Assembly: GCF_006345805.1 (NCBI RefSeq)
Contig: NC_043002.1
Location: 106,144,001-106,208,000 of the forward strand
Direction: 5' to 3'
Length of the DNA stretch: 64,000 bases
DNA from: Octopus sinensis
Lineage: Eukaryota
Position numbers and translations under genes: made by a program. Positions 13,136 through 26,245 of this stretch are shown in pieces. Below the pieces are notes generated by a model that saw only the letters and a list, made by a program, of their open reading frames with translations, was not told the DNA's origin and searched no databases. The first letter of the stretch is position 1. Every line of letters begins with the position of its first letter.

Positions 13136-14591
13136 TGAAATATGAACCAATATTCTGCTTTTCTAATGTTTATCTCACTTCTGTCAATGAGAGCTCACTC
13201 ATTTCATTAATGTGGTGGCACTGTGTTGCATCACACATTAGAGACTCACCATTTGATGGAGATTTGGGTAGCATTACCATAGAGAAAATAAGAACCGACA
13301 CCAACATTTATTAAAGATAAAAAAGTTAGTCTATCCCGAGTGTTGAGGCCCTTTAGGCCAAAACTCATCTCAGTTGCTGAGGTTTTTAACTGATAAAGCC
13401 TTTTAGTGCTTTCTCTGAATCTCCCAATCTTATTGAAAACTAGAGATTTTGAGCAAATGCAGTTAATCCTGAAAATATAACTATTGCATGAATTTGGATT
13501 GAAACCTCTCATGGCGCTTGCCAACAAAATTCCTACATCTCCATTTCAAGGTGTTATAAGACACATCAATTTAGTGTTATTGAACCTTATAGCAATAGTT
13601 GTGTTACCCTCATAAATCCATCAGTATACAAAGGATCCTACATTTATGTTATATCAGTAAATTTTCTTTTTGTTGTTTTGTTAACCCTTGCCGTTCAATG
13701 CAGTATCAAGTGTGATAACTCCACTCCTGCTGAGAATCAATAAGTGACACTGAAATACTACTCATTCTCTTTCACAAATTAAATAATTAATAAATAGTCC
13801 TTTCTACTCTAGGCACAATGCCTGAAATTTGGAGAGAAGGGGCTAGCTGATTACATCAATCTCAGCACTCACCTGGTACTCATTTTATCAACTGTGAAAG
13901 GATGAAAGGCAAAGGTGACCTCAACAGAATTTGAACTTAGAACATAAAGACAGACAAAATGTTTAGCAGCATTTTGTCTAGCGTGATGAGGACTCTGCCC
14001 ATTTGCTGCCTCAATTCATTAATAAATAATATCGCTAAATTCTAACTCACTGCTTACAGTGTTAACAACTATTTTATTCTTGAAAATCAATAGGAGACAA
14101 AAATTTGGAGACATTCAGAAAAACATTATATAATTGGTGAAAACAGTAAGTTCTTTCTAAAATGAGGTTAGTCTCTGTTTCTTGCACAGAAAAGTGCTTG
14201 TGGATCTTTGTGTTGAGGACTTTAAGGGTTAAGCACCTGAAAGTATAAGTTTCCTTTCTGAATAGGACACAAGTGTGTTGCAGGTTTATCTCCCAACTGC
14301 TGCTTTTGGTACTCATTTACAGCTGAGTGGATTTGGGCAACAATGAAGGGCCTTGATCAAGGACACTTTGCACAGCACAGTCTTGGAATGAAACCCATAA
14401 CTTTACAGTTCTGAGCCCAACACCCTAACCACTAAATTACTTATCTTCGTTTGACTGTTGCTTTACTTAATGACTGTGGTATGATGAAAGACAGTTGAAC
14501 TCAAAATCTAAGAGTCAGAACAATTACTACAAGGCATTTATCTACTACTCAATCCTAGTAGTCAACTGCTGCTGAAATATGAACCAAGATA

Positions 14592-14940
14592 GGTGCAGGA
14601 GTGGCTGTATGGTAAGTAGCTTGCTTACTAACCACGTGGTTCTGGGTTCAGTCCCACTTGGGCAAGTGGCTTCTAATATAGCCTTGGGCCAACCAAAGCC
14701 TTGTGAGGTGATTTGATAGAAGGCAACTGAAAGAAGCCCATCGTGTGTGTGTTTGTCCCCCACCATCACTTGACAACTGATGTTTGTGTCTTTATGTCTC
14801 CGTAACTTAGCAGGTTGGCAAAAGTGACTGATAGAATAAGTACTAGGCTTACAAAGAATAAGTCCTGGGGTCAGTTTGCTTGACTAAAGATGGTGCTCCA
14901 GCATGGCCACAGTCAAATGACTGAAGCAAATAAAGAAATA
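14592..14940 (+). mobile_element. tRNA-derived SINE, second family
   Basis: Head ggtgcaggagtggctgtatggtaag...ggttcagtccc and A-rich tail. Other copies at ~16490-16935(-), 21660-21850(-), 23300-23460(-), 26550-26900(+) and 48213-48370(+). Confidence 0.8.
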
Positions 14941-16489
14941 TGTTGTGTGTATTGATTAAATAAAACTCGTCCCGTTCACTAATTGCTTGGTGTCTTTACT
15001 CTGAAGTTGGAAACTACTACCAAATTGATTGATATCCCAAAACTAAGTTCCTACTATGAAGTACCTTTAATCTTTTTGTTACCATATTTCTCTTAAAATT
15101 CATCACCTTCATTTCAATTAATTTTGAAAATGATGAAGAATTTAGTAAATAACTTTATCATTAAGCTGGTTTGAGCAATGAGCTGACAGAATTACCATTG
15201 GAGAACATGTATTGTGATATTTGTTCTGGTTCTTTACATCCTAAGCTCAAACCTCACTGAGTACAACTTTGCCTTTCATCCTTTCAAGGTCAATAACAAA
15301 GTACCGTTCAAGTCCAGAGGTCAATAGCATCACCTACTTCCCATCTCCCCCAAATCGCTGGATTTATGCTCAAATCTTAAACCATTATTAAGCTACTTCA
15401 AGCATTAACAAGAGATTTCAGTGGAGTTTCATCAAAATAGAAAATTTGTATGAGAGAACAAGGGATGGCCTCAGATGAGTTGGTGTTAAAAGGTGCCTCT
15501 GTAATAGCAGCTGTATTCAACTCACAGTCTACATATATACGCATATATATACGTATATATTATATAATGAACTTATTGTATACAGCACACTACAATGTGC
15601 TGAAATAGCAGCTGTATTCAACTCACATTCTACAGTCTTAAAACAAAAAGGATGCATGCATTATCCAATGTAGAGATGGTCATGTTTGAAAGTACCTTTT
15701 ATCACAGAGCTGATATAAAGTTAAACAGCAACATTTATCTGGTTATGTCAACCAATACATCACAGTTATATCTAGTTATGTGTGTGTAAAACTTTTGATT
15801 GCAACTTGTGGTTGGAGTAGAATATGAAAAACCCCTATGAAAACCTATGTATGTGTTTCAATGAAGAGGGTTCTGAAGAGATTAACACTTGCGTTACACA
15901 TGCAGCGGGTTCTAAGGACTTACTTAACCTACAAGATAAAACAGTTACATTTCATTAATTATAAATTATTCTTTAAAAAAGACATCTGAGGAAGTTTTAT
16001 ATACTAGTCGCTTACATTGGACAATATAAGTCCTGATACATATTTATATTTTTTCCAACATAAAATTTCTGTGCATTTTCCTTCTTTTTATATTTTTTAC
16101 TACAATTCATCATGTGGGACTTTTCCTCAAACCTCTTCACAATATATATATAAAGCCATCACTAACAAGAGACTACAACTCAATAACATGCACCAAGCTT
16201 TGGCTAATTACTTGAAGTGCCAATGTAGTCACAAGCAGACATAAACATCTTTCCACCCCTGCCACCCTTAACCTAATGCATCATCAAGGATGCAACAGCT
16301 TGAGAGAGGAAGAGAGTAGCGCCACCACTAGGCTGGTATTCATTTTCAAGTTGGGCAACTGGAGAGATGTGAAATGGAATGCCTTGCTGAATGACACAAT
16401 ACACCAGCCTGACCAGAATTCAGATCCTTAGCCCTGGGATCAGTGAGTCAGCCACTTGGCCACCATCCAGAGGCATCTTTATCCTTTGC

Positions 16490-16935
16490 TGTTTACTTGT
16501 TTTAGTCATTAGACTGCAGCCATGCTGGAGCAATGCCTTGAAAAATCTTTAGTCGAATAAATCACCCTCGGTACTTTTTTCTTTTAAGCTTGGTAATTAT
16601 TCTATCAATCTCTTTTGCCAAACTGCTAAGTTACAGGGATGTAAACACAACAACACCAGTTGTCAAACAGTGGTAGGGGACAAACACAGACAAGAGACAC
16701 ACACATTGTAGTGTGCTGTATACAATAAGTCCATTATATAATATATGCGCATATCTATGTATGTGTATATATGATGGGCTTCTTTCAGTTGCTGTCTACC
16801 AAATCCACTCAGAAAGCTTTGGTCAACCCAAGGTTATAGTAGAAGACACTTGCCCAAGCTGCCATACGGTGGGACTGAACCTGGAGCCATTTAGTTGAGA
16901 AGTAAGCTTCTTACCACTCAGCCACATTCGCACCT
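16490..16935 (-). mobile_element. SINE, second family, inverted relative to the 14592 copy
   Basis: Reverse-complement matches to the 14592-14940 head and tail blocks, with an internal microsatellite. Confidence 0.75.
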
Positions 16936-16942
16936 ATATGTA

Positions 16943-16978
<36 letters not shown>

Positions 16979-18344
16979 GTCATCATCATCGTTTAACGTC
17001 CACTTTCCATGCTAGCATGGGTTGGATGGTTTCACTGAGGACTGTCGAACCAGATGGTTGCACCAGGCTCCAATCTGATCTGGCAGGGTTTCTACAGCTG
17101 GATGCCCTTCCTAATGCAAACCATTCCGAGAGTGTAGTGAGTGTCTTTATGTGCCACCAGCACGAGGCCTGGGTACTGGCAACAGCCACACTCAAATGGT
17201 GTTTTTTACATGCCACCTGCACAGGAGCCAGTCCGGTATTATATATATATATGTGTATTGTATATATGCATATTGTATTGAATATATATATATACAACAA
17301 AAAATAACCATCTCATATCACCCCACATAACATGAGTAGCTCACCAGATCCCTTGTGAGAGTTCCAAATGCATAACTTCACTGAAGAGCTCTCCTGGTTA
17401 AGGCATGTAAAAAGAAGGACTGGGTCTCATAAGTCTCTCCTTTCTCTTTGAAGCTGGAAAATATTTTAGCTTCCATTTGCTTCTTGAAACAATAGAGTAC
17501 TGCTGTCACATATGGTATGATAGCTTTACTGTACATGCTTGAACATTTTAGACTGAATCCAGAGAAAACCCACTCAACTGACTGACCTGAATTCACTCAC
17601 AAAAACACTCCCATTTCTGACCCACAGTTGTGCTGTGTCTCCTCTCTATACCTTTTCTTTTCCTACTACAGTGAGCTCTGCTTTTTTTTAACTAGTTAGT
17701 CATGTGCTACTTCAGTTCTCAACTCTCTCCCCAGCTCTACACTCAACACTACACCCAATCCATTCTTCTCTTCAGAACTTTGGCATTCTGTTGTTCCCTA
17801 CTTGCACATCTTTCCTACAGTCAATAACTTGCAACAGTTTAAGTACAACATTAGTTAGCAACATCGATCTTATCTATCTTGAAGAGCCAGTAGAAGCCCT
17901 GGGCACAGCCTCAAACTAATGTGAGAAGGAAGAAAACTCAGTGAATCCCCTTATAATGGCACAGAACCTTTCCACTTTGTTCTCACTTTAGCTACTGTGC
18001 ATTTGGAACACTTGTCTTCATTACCAATTCCATAAATGTAATTAACAGAATCTGTCAACTACTTCAAGAAAACCTTCTAAGCATTTGAAAGAATATATTT
18101 GGTGCTCTTACTGCTTACCGTTCTTGTGCCTTTGTTCCATATGACATCTTTCTTCTCTGTTAGTCTGCATGATCCCCTGCATTTTTTTTCTTGTGCAACC
18201 ATAGTTCCTACCTATTACTTTTCTGCATTTTTAGCATCGGATTCTACATCTGTCCTTTATAGAAGTAGAGTTTTCTTTCCTGGTTATTAAAACTCTTCTT
18301 TTTGATTTACTTTGATGTTTCTCTATTCTAGACTTTGGCTTCTA

Positions 18345-18590
18345 TACAGTTCTATATTTAAGAGATGAGGAATTATGTACATTATTTACATTGGGAAGAT
18401 TCCCTTTTCCCAATACTTGTATATAATTATGTACATTATTTACATTTGATGGATATTTGTCCTCATCTTGTTTGTTGTTAACACAGCGTTTTGGCTGATA
18501 TACCCTCCAGCCTTCATCAGGTGTCTTGGGGAAATTTCGAACCTGGGTTCTCATTCCTAGGGTTTTTCATTTCTTTCTTTCGATGTTGTC
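18345..18590 (-). mobile_element. Penelope-like terminal-repeat fragment with a degenerate minimal hammerhead ribozyme
   Basis: Minus strand 18479-18525 reads GACAC CTGATGA a GGCTG gagggtatat CAGCC aAAAC GcT GTGTT. This is the type-I minimal hammerhead layout of Penelope-like elements with two core substitutions. Confidence 0.6.
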
Positions 18591-18608
18591 ATTATTATCA
18601 TTCCCACA

Positions 18609-18700
18609 GGCATATAGCATAGTGGTTAAGAGCGTGGGCTACTAACCCCAAGATTGCAAGTTCGATTCCAGGCAGTGACCTGAATAATAATAATAACATT
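18609..18700 (+). mobile_element. Short tRNA-derived SINE or tRNA pseudogene
   Basis: A box TAGCATAGTGG, B box GTTCGATTC and (AAT)n tail; no good acceptor stem. Confidence 0.55.
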
Positions 18701-19268
18701 GAAAAATACCAGCTTCATTCCTCTCTAGTCTTCTCATATCGTCTACATTCAGAGTGCACATCTCCTACCATGTAACATTGCAGTTCATATATATCCATTA
18801 TATAATCTTCCTTTCACTTGGAGAGTGGGACCTTTGGTTGCCAGAAAACTTGACCAAGATGAACATCTTAACCACACAGCCAAGACTGCCTTCAGTTGAT
18901 ATATAAACACAGTAAAAGCCACTAATTCTGATCACTTTAGGACAGGACATTTTAGATAACAATAATCATGTGGTAACATTAAACAAAAGAAATATGAATA
19001 TGCTTAGTGTTTGAGACTCATGAATTTTGATAACATTAATCTTGATTATAATAATATGCAGCCTCCACTAAAGTACACATACACACCATTTTTTGTCTTT
19101 ACAAAGGTGGCGTAGATTAGATGAGATTTCTTGATACCAAACCATTTTGTCTTGCAGTTAAGGTACTTTAGCCTATGCTTATTTGCACATTGAACTGCCA
19201 AATTGTGAGAGAGACCATCTTTATGCATGTGAAGATCTGTAGCAAAAAAATACATATATGTATACATA

Positions 19269-20158
19269 CAAGGTGTCCCAGAAGCCACTGATGGCTTTCA
19301 ATTTCTAATAACTTCCTTAACTTTACAAATAAATGCATGAAAATTTGATACAATATAAAGGACATAATGGAAATTAATATGCACAAGTCAAATTTTGCAA
19401 CACCAATACATCACATGAAAAACGACCACTTAAATGGTAGCCATTTTCGTCTTTGCATGCCCGTGCTCTTTCTATAACTTACACCATTACATTCTCAAGA
19501 GTTTCAGACCCCACTTCTCTGATTTCTCTATTGATGTTCTCCTTCAGTTGCACCAGGGTCTCCGGTTTGTTGACATAAACCCACACTTTCAGGTATCCCC
19601 ACAAGAACAAATCCGGGCTAGTCAAATCTGGGAAACATGAAGGCCATTCAAAGTAGACCTCACACCTGTTTCCAGCAAGATGGGCAACTGCTCATACTGC
19701 AAGAGAAACAATGCAGTTGCTACAGCAGAGCTTTGGAGAGAGAATAATCTCCCGCTACGGCAATGTCAGCTGGCCTTCACGTTCACCAGACCTGACTAAC
19801 CCGGATTTTTTTTTTTTTTGTGGGGATATCTGAAAGAGAGTGTTTACGTCAACAAACCAGAGGCCTGGGTGCAACTGAAGGAGAACATCAATAGAAAAAT
19901 CAGAGAAGTGGGGTCTGAAACTCTTTAGGGTGTTATGGTACAAGTTTTGTGAAGAGTACAGGTGTGCGAAGCTGAAAATAGCTGCCATTAAGCGATGTCA
20001 TTTTTTTAATATGTGATGTAGTGGTGTTGCAAAGTTTGAATTGTGCATATTCATTTCCATTATGTCCTTTATATTGCATCAAAATTTCATGCATTTATTT
20101 GTAAAGTTGAGGAAGTTATAAAAAATTGAAACCCATCAGTGATTTTTGAGACATCATG
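19269..20158 (+). mobile_element. Internally deleted Tc1/mariner element with ~380 bp inverted arms (DD41D rosa/LTIR-like)
   Basis: Arms ~19269-19646 and ~19771-20158 are inverted copies. Left end ta|caaggtgtccc. The centre and right arm encode FQQDG(A)TAHTARETMQLLQQSFGERIISRYGNVSWPSRSPDLTNPDF..WGYLKESVYVNKP after one inferred frameshift. Confidence 0.85.
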
Positions 20159-21887
20159 TGTGTGTGTGTATATAGATATGCAACAGGCTTCTGTACAGTT
20201 TCTGCATTCAGAAAGCACTGGGCATTCTGATCTGTAGTAGAAGACACTTTTTTATATATAGGTAAAAGTGTAGGCATGGCTTTGTGGGTTGTGTGGTTAG
20301 GAAATTTTCTTTCCAACTATGTTTTGGACTCAGTCCCTCTGCAAGTATCTTCTATAGTTCTGGGTTGACCAAAATCGTGAGAAATGATTTGGTTGACAGA
20401 AGCAGAAAGAAGCCACTCATATGTATATATGTGTATGTTTGTACAAGTGAGTTGATATTTCCCTTTTGTCTTCACACGAGTACCCTCTTTGTAAACAGTG
20501 GTTTGCTGTCATTTGCTTGTAGTCCACTGTGACAGCATATCTGGGCTTTTTGATATGTTGTGCAATTTCTGTAAATGAAAGACTTAATCATACAGCATAA
20601 TTTCTTTGCAGTTCTCCATGTAACCATGTCTGTGTTGTTTGATTGACCGGGAGAGTATTATCTTGCTAAGAAAAAAGTTTGGATTGGTGCCAGGAAGGGT
20701 ATGCAGGCATAAAAACACTACCCCAACATACTCTTGTAGTAATTCATGCAAGCATGAAAAAGTAGACATTAAAACGATTATGATATCATGAACATAATTC
20801 AATGTACATGTTCAATGCTGGCATGGATTAGACTACATTACACACAAGCACACACACTTATATATGCTTCAGTTATATATATTGGCATTATACATTTTTC
20901 TGATAATCAGGAGTTTGTCTGACAACATAATGAACATCATGTGTTATAACAACCGATTGACACAAAACTTTAAGAAATACTTGCATAATTATTCACCTTA
21001 TATTTTATTAATTTGGCTGCAGTCATTCATTGAACTACATTCAGTGTTTCTTGGATATTTTTTTTCTTTGGGAAATCATATGCCTGTTACTTAAACTCAT
21101 TGACCTTTATTGGCCAAGAGGGTTCATTACTGATTCCGATAAGTCACTTTTTGATGTAAAGGGATACAATTCAATGCACTGTTTTATACATGAAAGTTCA
21201 CATACCCACGCCTTTGTGGATACATATTTATAGGTACATGAATACTTTGGGATTTTCATACAATCTCCATTTCCTAAATTCTATTCAGATATTGATGCTG
21301 AAAAATGTTTGGTTAAACAGCAACCCCGAGCAGGAGCAATAGGCATCATGGATTTGTGTGTGTATATATGTGTTTATGTATGGTCACATATGCATTTTCA
21401 TCTATATGTTGTTTGTGAATATGTAGTACATGTCAGCATACATACAAACACATGCATAGTTTTTATGTATATTATACATACAATCATATATATATATATA
21501 TACATACATACACAATTATATATTTACATATACACATTTGCATATATATACACACAGGCACATATATATACATATATATATATATACACACATACATTCA
21601 TATATATATACACACATACATTCATATATATATATATATTATATATATATATATATATACTCTTTTACTTGTTTCAGTCATTTGACTGTGGCCATGCTGG
21701 AGCACCACCTTTAGTCGAGCAAATCGACCCCAGGGCTTATTCTTTGTAAGCCTAGTACTTAGTCTATCGGTCTCTTCTGCTGAGCTGCTAAGTTATGGGA
21801 ACATAAACACACCAGCATCAGTTGTGAAGCGACGTTCCAAGGACAAGCATGCACACACACATACATATACACACACACATTTATATA

Positions 21888-22680
21888 TCATCATCATCGT
21901 TTAACATCCGCTTTCCATGGTGGCATGGGTTGCACGATTTGACTGAGGAACCAGATGGCTGCACCAGGCTCCAATCTGATTTGGCAGAATTTCTACAGCT
22001 GGATGCCCTTCCTAACGCCAACCACTCCAAGAGTGTAGTGGGTGCTTTTACCTGCTACTGGCACAAGGGCCAGTCAGGCAGTACTGGCAATGGCCATGGT
22101 CAAATGGTGCTTTTTACATGCTGCCTGCACAGGAGCCAGTCCAGCAGCTCTGGCAATGACATCGCTCGAATGATTTTTCTCGTGCCGCCGGCACAAGTGC
22201 CCGTAAGGCAACACTGGTAACGATCACGCTCAAATGGTGCTTTTTATGTGCCACTGGCATGGAAGCCAGTCAGCTCTTCTGGCCCATGATCACGCTTGGA
22301 TGGTGCTCTTAGCGCTCCACTAGCATGGATGCCAGTCATCGAATTTGATTTCGATTTCACTTGCCTCAACAGATCTTCGCAAGCAGAGTTTAGTGTCCAA
22401 TGAAGGAAAGGTATGCATAAGTAAGCTGCTTACACCCCTGGCATAGGACACGGGTTATACTCTCACTTGGCTTGCCAGGTCTTCTCAAGCACAGAATATT
22501 TCCAAAGGTCTCGATCACTAGTCATTGCCTCAGTGAGGCCTAATGTTCAAAGGTTGTGCTTCACCACCTCATCCCAGGTCTTCCTGGGTCTACCTCTTCC
22601 ACAGGTCCCCTCAACTGCTAGGGTGTAGCACTTTTACACATAGCTATCCTCATCCATTCTCACCACATGACCATACCAGC
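21888..22680 (-). mobile_element. 5'-truncated RTE-clade LINE (ORF C-terminus, 3'UTR and (GAT)n tail)
   Basis: Minus-strand translation KCYTLAVEGTCGRGRPRKTWDEVVKHNL*TLGLTEAMTSDRDLWK; GRPRKTW is typical of the RTE ORF end. The 3' tail is shared with copies near 1-32, 8560-8750, 16980-17235, 22695-23190, 29220-29470 and 63858-63920. Confidence 0.8.
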
Positions 22681-22694
22681 AATATATATATATA

Positions 22695-23190
22695 TCATCA
22701 TCATCATCATCATCATCATCATTTAGCGTCCGTTTTCCATGCTAGCATGGGTTGGACGGTTCAACTGGGGTCTGGGGAGCCCGAAGGCTGCACCAGGCCA
22801 GTCAGATCTGGCAGTGTTTCTACAGCTGGATGCCCTTCCTAACGCCAACCACTCCGAGAGTGTAGTGGGTGATTTTATGTGCCACCGACACAGGTGCCAG
22901 ACGAGGCTGGCGAACGGCCACGCTCGGATGGTGTTTTTATGTGCCACCGACACAGGTGCCAGACGAGGCTGGCAGACGGCCACGCTCGGATGGTGTTTTT
23001 ATGTGCCACCGACACAGGTGCCAGATGAGGCTGGCGGACGGCCACGATCGGATGGTGTTTGTTACGTCCCCAAAGCACGGAGGCCAGTCTATGCGGTACT
23101 GGCTACGGCCACGTTCGGATGATTTTCTTGTGTGCCACCGGCACTGGTACCACAAAGATACAAATTCCATTGATGTTCATCTATTTTGAT
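22695..23190 (-). mobile_element. RTE 3'UTR-family copy with internal ~61-62 bp triple tandem repeat
   Basis: (CAT)n start and the same conserved tail block as 21888. Unit ttttatgtgccaccgacacaggtgccagacgaggctggc..acggccacgctcggatggtg occurs three times at ~22873-23060 with CpGs intact. Confidence 0.75.
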
Positions 23191-23269
23191 ATATATATAT
23201 ATATATATACATACATTTATATATACACACACATATATATATACTCTTTTACTTGTTTCAGTACAATCT

Positions 23270-23303
<34 letters not shown>

Positions 23304-23465
23304 CGACAGACTTCTTTCAGTTTCCGTCTACCAAATCCACACACAAGGCTTTGGTTGACCCGAGGCTATAGTAGAAGACGCTTGTCTAAGGTGCCATGCA
23401 GTGGGACTGAACTCATAACCATGTGGTTGGGAAGCAAGCTTCTTGCCACACAAACACACCTGTCC

Positions 23466-23514
<49 letters not shown>

Positions 23515-23529
23515 TATATATCAACTTTT

Positions 23530-23880
23530 ACACCACTGCAGATAGAAAAACAGACGTACTGATGATTGATTACATCAATATAATAGAAGACGAAATAATA
23601 AGGGCTATAGATGAGTTGAATCTTAACTCAGCTACTAGCCCTGATGGATTTCCACCAATCCTAAAATCATGTCAGCAAGTCCTATCAAGACCACTGCAGT
23701 CTCTCTTCGTTGCAGATGGTAAACTTCCGAGCAAGTTGAAGGAAGGAAAAAATATGCCCCATCCATAAAGGAAGTAGCAGATGTCAAAAACTACAGACCT
23801 ATCTCTGAGCTCACACGTCAGCAAAGTCATGGAATGAATAGTCAGAAGACAACTAATCACTTTCCTTGATGGTTTCCAAG
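23530..23880 (+). pseudogene. LINE (CR1/L2-like) reverse transcriptase N-terminal fragment
   Basis: IIRAIDELNLNSATSPDGFPPIL..., then after frameshifts IHKGS...NYRPIS...SHVSKVME*IVRRQLITFL. These are non-LTR RT domain 0-1 motifs. Confidence 0.8.
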
Positions 23881-24049
23881 AAGATGCAGCCTCCTGCACC
23901 AAATGTCAAGTTCTAAAAAGAATTGATGTAAAAATTATGTAGCAACACCAAATAGCAGTGCCCCAACATGGCCACAGCTTGTGAGCTCAAACTAGTTCTA
24001 TTCAATTCATATATATATATATATATATATATATGCATACATTTGATTA

Positions 24050-24083
<34 letters not shown>

Positions 24084-24179
24084 CAAATATATATATATGC
24101 ATACATTTGATTATTCATATGTATATGCATACATTTGATTATATATGCATATATATATATATATACACATACATACATA

Positions 24180-24392
24180 CAGTAATCCCATGCCATATCG
24201 CGGTTCACCCATTGTGGTTTATTATTGAAGCTTCTGTCGATTCCTCTGTGGTGTTGTGTTGCATTTATAATAAAATAAATATATACAAATTATAAAAATA
24301 ATATACAGTACAGTATTGCTTCTTCTTGGTGGATCTTCACCTATTGCAGGAGGTTTTGGAACACAACACCCGCGATAGTCAAGGGATTACTG
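24180..24392. mobile_element. pogo/Tigger-like MITE
   Basis: TIRs CAGTAATCCCatgccaTATCGCGG and CCGCGATAgtcaaGGGATTACTG. TA on the left; the right TSD is mutated. 213 bp, non-coding. Confidence 0.75.
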
Positions 24393-26057
24393 GATGTGTG
24401 TAATATACACATATATATATATGTATATATACACACACACATACATACATATACACACATACATACACAGATATATAAATTTTAAATAATTTTATCAACC
24501 ACACCGAGGCACATAATTCCAAACCAGTCTCCCTGGTGTGTAACATATACAGACGGTGACAACCTGCCACATCTTACTGAGGGACCAGCAGCATTTCTAT
24601 CAACCCGTCCATCTCTTGATGTCTTATAATTTGCGGTTTAACACTTGTTCCATTCATTGCCATGAAAAATGGAAAACTCAGATATTAGTGGTTTGACTGG
24701 ATTTGATTGAAGACCCAAATCTGAAGTTTTCAGTGAGGCCCCAATGGATTAAAACTGGACATTTATTACCTTTATTCAATGATATGTTTGTTACTAATCA
24801 AATCTCTATTTACATTTTATACCATGATATTTTCATCCATACCATGTTTCAATCAGTTTGATCTGTGGTTGTGATCAGTTATCATATTCTAGGATATCAA
24901 CATTTTATACTTCAGCATTCTTTTTCACTCATGGTGTTTTGCAATATATAAAAAAAATAATATATCATTTCAATCAAACAGAAGCTAATTTCACGTAGTG
25001 GTTTCTTCTCCACATTATTCAATAGCATCCTATCCAGTGTTTTAGATATTTGCATGACCTAGAGCTTCTTGTGTAAAATTTATATCAATTTTACTAAAAT
25101 AGGTAAAGACAACGAAATGATACTGGACTTTGAAATATCATCAGTCTTGTAAGTTACTCATTGATAACACAATGCCTTATTGTACCTGCTTTAAGTCTTT
25201 TGACACCAAACCGGCCTGAGACTGCCACTTGTTTTAATGCTGCAAACTTTAAAGTGTTCCAGATTAAAACTTAGCATTAAATTTAAGATTAATTTATGTT
25301 CCAAACAGCAGCTTAATAATGGGAAAGTTATCTTATTAGATTCTTCATTATTTTCAAAACTGATTGATAGAAAGACAGGGTATTTCAACAGAAATATGGT
25401 AATTAAAAGGTTTAATATTTTATTTCTAATCAAAGTTTCAACTCCTCGTGCCTCTACCCAATAGTGGTCCAATGTGGGCTCACAACAGATTAAGAACTCC
25501 TTTTCTATATGTACTTAGTAGCAAACTAGATTTGAACCAGGAACCTTTATTTCTAAATCATATTTATAATAAGCTGATATTTTAGTAGACTAATTAAACT
25601 CATCTTGTGAGAGGTGATTTTTTTTTCTCAATTTTTACTTAGATTTTGTGTTTCAATGAGTCTCATTTTAGGTTTTTGTCAGATATCGTATTCCTGGATA
25701 TGTACATAGAATTCTGGATTGGATTTCAAACTAGGAACATTTCTTTCTAATCTAAGTCAGTTAATATTCTTATTCCCTAGGCCACTGGCATGTTTTCTTA
25801 CTATATTACCTTTCTAAAGCTGTGAATTGGTATGGTTGTTAGGGAATCGTCATACTTTGCAGTATTTGTGCCAACTCTCTATGCTGGAATCCTACTGAAT
25901 CAACTTCACCTTTCATTTTTCTGGGGTTGATATAATCAATGAACTCCACCCACCAAAACAACATTACCTCTTCATCGCAAACCTTAAAAAATGTGACATC
26001 ACTGGTCATCTGTCTTGTTCTAATGGTGTTTTTTTTTTTTCTTCTCTCTTTCTGCAG

Positions 26058-26245
26058 TGTTAAACAGCTTTGCCCCTCCGGCAAGTTTTCCATCTGCCAC
26101 CTCCCCAGCTAATGGACGTGCATTTCCAGCAGCCAACAGTCCCGGCCCTATCGAACTTTACAATTCCGGCCAAGAGAGTCTCGGCTATGTCCAAGCCACA
26201 AGCCCACAACCCTCAGGCTTTGGACCGAGCATAACAGCAAATAGA
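26058..26245 (+). CDS. msi: Musashi C-terminal region exon
   Basis: Long polypyrimidine tract and ctgcAG at 26056-26057; donor AGA|GTGAGT at 26246. Peptide (V)LNSFAPPASFPSATSPANGRAFPAANSPGPIELYNSGQESLGYVQATSPQPSGFGPSITANR resembles the recalled vertebrate MSI2 C-terminus (VLNSY...ANSPGPVADLYG...[21 protein letters not shown]). Confidence 0.92.

Noticed and set aside
13246-13650. 93 aa minus-strand ORF; similar unique-looking stretches at 7029-7365, 7907-8185, 10205-10628 and 63000-63340
   Set aside because: No motif I can name and no splice context; probably old LINE debris, but unsupported without a search.
18609-18685. Functional tRNA gene
   Set aside because: A/B boxes are present but the acceptor stem does not pair and an (AAT)n tail follows; SINE-like.
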